Assembly (NCBI GenBank): GCA_024235955.1
Contig: JACKLJ010000003.1
Location: 163,027 to 227,026, forward strand
Source: Burkholderiaceae bacterium
GTDB lineage: Bacteria > Pseudomonadota > Gammaproteobacteria > Burkholderiales > Burkholderiaceae_C
DNA: 64,000 bases
Direction of reading: 5' to 3'
Position numbers and translations under genes: made by a program. A model generated the notes under the pieces. It saw only the letters and a list, made by a program, of their open reading frames with translations, was not told where the DNA came from and searched no databases. Of this stretch, positions 59,528 through 64,000 are shown piece by piece. Every line of letters starts with the position of its first letter. Position 1 is the stretch's first letter.

Positions 59528-60496
59528 ATGCGAGCCCTTTTTCTGGCCGGCCTGTGCGCGCTGGCCGCCGGCGCCACCCCCGCGCTGGCGCAGACCGACA
59601 ACTACCCCAGCCGCCCGGTGCGCATCGTGGTGCCGTACGCCACCGGCGGTGGCTCCGACATCCTGGCCCGCCACATCGGCGCCGGGCTGCAGCAGGCCTG
59701 GGGCCAGGGCGTGACGGTGGAGAACAAGGCCGGCGCGTCCGGCAACATCGGCTCGCAGGAGGTGGTGCGCGCCAGGCCCGACGGCTACACCCTGCTGCTG
59801 CAGAACTCCACCATGGTCACCAACCTGGGCGTGATGGGCAAGCTGCCCTACGACCCGGAGAAAGACCTCACGCCCATCATGCTGCTGGGCGTGACGCCCA
59901 TCGCGCTGGCAGCCAACCCCGGCGCCCAGATCGGCAGCGTGAAGGACCTGGTGGCGGTGGGCAAGGCCAGGCCCGACACGCTGTCCTACGGCTCCTGCGG
60001 CATCGGCACGCCACAGCACTTCGTGATGGAACTGGTCAAGCAGAAGACCGGCGTGACCGCCACCCACGCCGGCTACAAGGGCTGCTCGCCGGCGCTGAAC
60101 GACGTGGTGGGCGGCCAGATCCCGCTGGCCATCGTCAGCGCCAACCTGGTGGCGCCCTACGTCAAGGACCAGCGCCTGAAGGTGGTCGGCGTGTCGTCGG
60201 CCAAACGCTACGCGCTGCTGCCCGATGCGCCCACCTTCGAGGAGCAGGGCATCAAGCCGCTCGACATCTCGATCTGGTACGCGCTGATGGGCCCGGCCAA
60301 CCTGCCGCCGGCGGTGGCGAAGAAGATCGCCGCCGATGTCGGCAGGATCATGGCCGATCCGGCGGTGCAGGCCGGCCTGTCCAAGGTCGGCGTGGAGCCG
60401 CAGCCGGGCAGTGCGCAGGAACTCGCCAGGGTGATCCACGACGACGCGGCGCGCTACACGCAACTCGCCAAGTCGGCCGGCATCAAGGCGGAATGA
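59528..60496 (+). CDS. Bug/TctC substrate-binding protein
   Basis: VVPYATGGGSDILAR, ENKAGASG, PDGYTLL, YKGCSPA. Confidence 0.92.
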   Translation: MRALFLAGLCALAAGATPALAQTDNYPSRPVRIVVPYATGGGSDILARHIGAGLQQAWGQGVTVENKAGASGNIGSQEVVRARPDGYTLLLQNSTMVTNLGVMGKLPYDPEKDLTPIMLLGVTPIALAANPGAQIGSVKDLVAVGKARPDTLSYGSCGIGTPQHFVMELVKQKTGVTATHAGYKGCSPALNDVVGGQIPLAIVSANLVAPYVKDQRLKVVGVSSAKRYALLPDAPTFEEQGIKPLDISIWYALMGPANLPPAVAKKIAADVGRIMADPAVQAGLSKVGVEPQPGSAQELARVIHDDAARYTQLAKSAGIKAE

Positions 60497-60580
60497 CAGC
60501 GGGGCGGGCAGGTGTGACGCCTGCGCGCCAGCCCGCGTGCAGCAGCGCCCCGAACAGCACCAGGGCCAGGACGGTGGCGC

Positions 60581-62050
60581 TCACGCGGCCCTGGCCAGCG
60601 TATCCCGCACCTGCTCGAAGCGGCGCCAGAAGGTCGCTTCCTGCGTGCTGGCGAAGTTGATGCGCATCAGCGTGCTGGGTGTGCGGCTGGCGTGGAACAG
60701 TGCGCCCGGAGCGAGCAGGTAGCCGTCGTCGAGCATGCGCAGCGCGAGCTGGTCGGTGTCGACCCCGGTGTCGATCCAGCCGAACAGCCCGGCCGGCTCG
60801 GCGGCGAAGCGGCAGCCGGCCTGCAGCGCCAGCTTGGCGCTGCGGCTGCGCGCGGCGTCCAGCCGGCCGCGGATGCGTTCCACGTGGCGGCGCAGCTGGC
60901 CCTGCTCGATGCAGTGCGCCAGCGCGCGCTCCAGCAGGCTGGGGGTGGTCAGGGTGGAGAGCAGCTTGGTGTCGAGCAGCGGCTCCAGCAGCGCCGGCGG
61001 CGCGGCCAGGAAGCCGATGCGCCAGTTGGGCGCCAGGATCTTGGCGAAGCCGCCCACGTAGATGGTGCGCGCCAGGCCGTCGAGCTGCGCCAGCCGCGTG
61101 GCGTGCTGCGGCGCCAGGTGGCCGTAGCTGTCGTCCTCGGCGATGAAGAAGCCGTGCTGCTGCGCCAGCTGCAGCATGCGGTGCGCGCTGGCTGGGGTGA
61201 GGCTGCCGCCGGTGGGGTTGTGCAGCACGCTCACGCTGACGAACAAGCGCGGCGCGGCCGGCGTGCCGGCATGGGCCTCGCAGTAGCGCGCGATGACGTC
61301 CAGGTCGGGCCCGTCGGCGCGGCGCGGCACCGGCAGGATGCGCATGCCCAGCGCCGTCAGCCGGGCGAATTCCACCGCCCAGCCGGGCTCTTCCACCATC
61401 ACCGTGTCGCCGGCCTTGAGCAGGGTGCGGCTGATGATGTCCAGCGCCTGCGTGGCCCCTACGGTGGTGATGATCTGGTCGTCCGCGGCGTCGATGCCCA
61501 TGTCCTGCAGCCGCGCGGAGAGCACGCGGCGCAGGTGCGCGTCGCCGATGGGCTCGCCGTAGCGCACGGCGGTGTCGCGCAGGTTGGCCACGCCCGACAC
61601 CTTGCGCAGCGAGGCGGCGATGGGGTCGGTGGCGATCCATTCCGGCGGCAGCACGCCCATGCCCGGCTGCGGCTTGCCGCTGATGGGCTGGAACATGCCG
61701 CGCATCAGCGTCGCCGCGCTCACCGGCGCGCCCAGCCGGCGCGCCCGCTGCGGATCCGACAATGCTTCTGATTTGATAGCTGCCTGCGCCTGCTGCGAGC
61801 CGGCTGGAGCCACTTTTTGTGCCCGATCGCGGACGAAGAAGCCGCGGTTGCGCCGCGCCTCCACCAGCCCCTGCGCCAGCAGCTGGTCGTAGGCGGCAAC
61901 CACGGTGGACGGGCTCACGCCGTGCTGCGCCGCGCACTGGCGCACGCTGGGCAGGCGCGAACCGGGGGCCAGCAGGCGGTCGCGGATGCGCTCGGCAAAG
62001 CGCGCGGCGATCTGCTCGTTCAGGGACTGGGCGGCGGTGCGCAGCAGCAT
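60581..62050 (-). CDS. MocR/GabR-family regulator (GntR wHTH plus PLP aminotransferase domain)
   Basis: LPSVRQCA..HGVSPSTVVAAYDQL..QG, HNPTG, EDDSY, GGFAKILAP..RIG. Confidence 0.93.
   Translation of the reverse strand: MLLRTAAQSLNEQIAARFAERIRDRLLAPGSRLPSVRQCAAQHGVSPSTVVAAYDQLLAQGLVEARRNRGFFVRDRAQKVAPAGSQQAQAAIKSEALSDPQRARRLGAPVSAATLMRGMFQPISGKPQPGMGVLPPEWIATDPIAASLRKVSGVANLRDTAVRYGEPIGDAHLRRVLSARLQDMGIDAADDQIITTVGATQALDIISRTLLKAGDTVMVEEPGWAVEFARLTALGMRILPVPRRADGPDLDVIARYCEAHAGTPAAPRLFVSVSVLHNPTGGSLTPASAHRMLQLAQQHGFFIAEDDSYGHLAPQHATRLAQLDGLARTIYVGGFAKILAPNWRIGFLAAPPALLEPLLDTKLLSTLTTPSLLERALAHCIEQGQLRRHVERIRGRLDAARSRSAKLALQAGCRFAAEPAGLFGWIDTGVDTDQLALRMLDDGYLLAPGALFHASRTPSTLMRINFASTQEATFWRRFEQVRDTLARAA
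61763..61825 (+). repeat. Family A repeat, read in frame (antisense) in the MocR linker
   Basis: TGCTTCTGATTTGATAGCTGCCTGCGCCTGCTGCGAGCCGGCTGGAGCCACTTTTTG. Confidence 0.8.
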
Positions 62051-62069
62051 GGTGTGTGGGCCGGGCGAT

Positions 62070-62117
62070 CAATACAGTTCATGGACTGAGCACATCGACT
62101 GTATTGGCTGTGTATTG
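62070..62117. promoter_or_regulatory. Candidate MocR operator (inverted plus direct repeats)
   Basis: CAATACAGT(62070-78), its inverted copy ACTGTATTG(62098-106), and a direct TGTATTG(62111-17). Confidence 0.6.
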
Positions 62118-62170
62118 CTCGAAGTGGCTAGAGTGTGGCACATGCTGCCCCTACCGTCACCCCCGACACC

Positions 62171-62842
62171 ATGACCAGCGCCGAATTCTGGACGCTGCTG
62201 ATGCTGGCCACTGCCGTCAGCTTCACGCCTGGGCCCAACACCACGCTGTCCACCGCCATCGCCGCCAACCGCGGCCTGCGGCCGGCGCTGCGCTTCGTGC
62301 TGGCCGTGCCCGTGGGCTGGTCGCTGCTGCTGGTGCTGAGCGCGCTGGGCGTGGGCGCGCTGATCCTCGCGGTGCCGGCGCTGCGCTGGGGCGTGCTGGG
62401 CCTGGGCGTGGCCTACATGCTGTGGCTGGCCTGGCGGCTGTCGGGCAGCGGCGCGCTGGCCTCGGCCGAGGGCGGCCGGCTGGACGTGGGCTTCTGGCAG
62501 GGCGTGCTGCTGCAGTTCGTCAACATCAAGGCCTGGATGCTGGCGCTGTCCATCGTCGCCGGCTGGATCGGCGGCCAGCCGGACTGGCCGCACCGCCTGG
62601 CGCTGGTGCTGCCGGTGATGCTGGCCTTCGCGCTGGCCAGCAACTTTGTCTATGCGCTGGTGGGTTCCGCGCTGCGCCACTGGCTGGCGCGGGGGCGGCG
62701 GCTGCTGTGGTTCAACCGCGTCATGGCGTTGGCACTGGCGGTGACGGCATTTTGGATGGCCTGGAACGCGGTCGGCAGCGCCGCCGGCGTGCGCCCGCCC
62801 TGGCATGTGGGTCAGGCCGCGCCGGTGGAGGTGGCGTTGTGA
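62171..62842 (+). CDS. LysE/RhtB-family exporter
   Basis: SFTPGPN, LGVAYMLWLAW, QFVNIKAW. Confidence 0.88.
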   Translation: MTSAEFWTLLMLATAVSFTPGPNTTLSTAIAANRGLRPALRFVLAVPVGWSLLLVLSALGVGALILAVPALRWGVLGLGVAYMLWLAWRLSGSGALASAEGGRLDVGFWQGVLLQFVNIKAWMLALSIVAGWIGGQPDWPHRLALVLPVMLAFALASNFVYALVGSALRHWLARGRRLLWFNRVMALALAVTAFWMAWNAVGSAAGVRPPWHVGQAAPVEVAL

Positions 62843-63780
62843 GCACCCGTGCCCTGCAGGGCGACGCGCGCCTCATGGCCGGCTTCTGGCTCGGCGTGGT
62901 GGGCGTGACCTGCTTCGCCATCACGCTGCCGGCCACGCGCCTGGCCACCGGCAGCGCGGCCGATCCGCAGCTGACGCCGGCCTTCGTGACCCTGGGGCGC
63001 GCGGCGCTGGCGGGGCTGCTGTCGGTGCTTTTCTTGCTTGTCACGCGCTCACGTTGGCCGGCGCGGCGGCACTGGGGGCCGCTGCTGGGCGCGGTATGCG
63101 GCAACGTGATCGGCTACCCGCTCCTGCTGGCGCTGGCCCTGCGCAGCGTGACGGCGGTGCACGCGGCGGTGATCACCGCGCTGCTGCCGCTGGTCACCGC
63201 GGTGGCGGCGGCGCTGATCCTGGGCCAGCGCGCGCGGCCCGCGTTCTGGGCCTGCGCCGTCTTGGGCAGTGCGCTGGTGGTGGTGTTCGCCTGGCTGCGC
63301 ACGCACGGGCAGGGCGGCTTCGGCCTGGCGCCGGCCGATCTGCTGCTCCTCGGCGCGGTGGTCGCGGCCTCGGTCGGCTACGTGTACGGCGCCCAGGTCA
63401 CGCCGGAGCTGGGCGCCGAGCGCGTGATCTGCTGGATGTGCGTGCTGGCGCTGCCCCTCACGCTGCCGGCCGCGCTATGGCTGTGGCCGGACACGGCGGC
63501 GCAGCCGGTGCGCACGGCCAGCTGGCTGGCCTTCGTCTATGTGGGCACGGTGTCGATGTGGGCCGGTTTCTTTGCCTGGTTCCGCGGGCTGGACTGGGGC
63601 GGCGCGCTGCGCGTGAGCCAGGTGCAGCTGCTGCAGCCCTTTCTGTCGATGCTGTTCGCCGTGCCGCTGCTGGGCGAGCGGCTGGACGCGCTGTCGCTCG
63701 GCTTCGCGCTGGCGGTGGTGGCCACGGTGTTCGTGGGCCGTCGCCTGTCGCGCCCGGCCGCGCAGGAGCCAGCCGCATGA
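62839..63780 (+). CDS. DMT/EamA-family transporter
   Basis: About 10 hydrophobic helices, 'FAWFRGL..GG..RVSQVQLLQPF'. GTG start overlaps the LysE stop. Confidence 0.9.
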   Translation: MSTRALQGDARLMAGFWLGVVGVTCFAITLPATRLATGSAADPQLTPAFVTLGRAALAGLLSVLFLLVTRSRWPARRHWGPLLGAVCGNVIGYPLLLALALRSVTAVHAAVITALLPLVTAVAAALILGQRARPAFWACAVLGSALVVVFAWLRTHGQGGFGLAPADLLLLGAVVAASVGYVYGAQVTPELGAERVICWMCVLALPLTLPAALWLWPDTAAQPVRTASWLAFVYVGTVSMWAGFFAWFRGLDWGGALRVSQVQLLQPFLSMLFAVPLLGERLDALSLGFALAVVATVFVGRRLSRPAAQEPAA

Positions 63781-64000
63781 AGGCCGCCCTGATGGACACA
63801 CTGGCGCGCCTGCCTGCTGCGCCCACGCCCGCCTACCCGGAGGGCACGCCCTTCGTGCCAGCGCTGGCGCACGGCAGCATGAGCGTGGAGCTGTACGCGC
63901 CCGGCAGCAACGCCGACGGGCGCGACCGCCAGCAGCCGCACGCGCAGGACGAGCTCTACGTGGTGCAGCGCGGCCGGGCCACGCTGCGCATCGACACGCC
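63777..64000 (+). CDS. Cupin-domain protein, 3' truncated by window edge
   Basis: Hand-translated MKAALMDTLARLP...QQPHAQDELYVVQRG (cupin motif 1). ATGA overlap with EamA. Confidence 0.75.
   Translation, partial: MKAALMDTLARLPAAPTPAYPEGTPFVPALAHGSMSVELYAPGSNADGRDRQQPHAQDELYVVQRGRATLRIDT

Overview
GC-rich betaproteobacterial chromosome segment; gene order and repeats suggest Comamonadaceae (inference). From left to right: (1) a 5'-truncated desuccinylase/aspartoacylase-family gene, convergent with a four-gene minus-strand operon (ketosynthase, chain-length-factor-like protein, flavin-dependent halogenase, membrane protein) that resembles an incomplete aryl-polyene/xanthomonadin-type cluster; (2) transglutaminase-like and chalcone-isomerase-like genes; (3) trpE-trpG-ltaE-lysE-trpD-sORF-trpC-ung, preceded by an unannotated 26-codon leader ORF containing Trp-Pro-Trp and by mutually exclusive RNA pairings; (4) the core tRNA-Tyr/Gly/Thr-tuf-tRNA-Trp-secE-nusG-rplKAJL-rpoBC block; (5) lemA-rsmB-DUF4390-NtrY/NtrX-like genes and tRNA-Phe; (6) htpG, a lower-GC XRE/DUF2975-like plus Tat-lipoprotein module, and a pseudouridine synthase; (7) a Crp regulator divergent from an acyl-CoA ligase/Liv-type ABC/PaaK-like operon; (8) a probable 2-aminobenzoyl-CoA (abm-like) degradation cluster; (9) aldolase-II/Bug, MocR, LysE, EamA and cupin genes. 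Two dispersed repeat families are present. Family A (~63 bp, about 16 copies) has about 9 copies read in frame inside proteins. Family B (~110 bp, 5 copies) sits at gene 3' ends. I found no CRISPR array, transposase or integrase. All calls come from reading motifs by eye; no database search was run, and repeat boundaries are approximate to a few bases.
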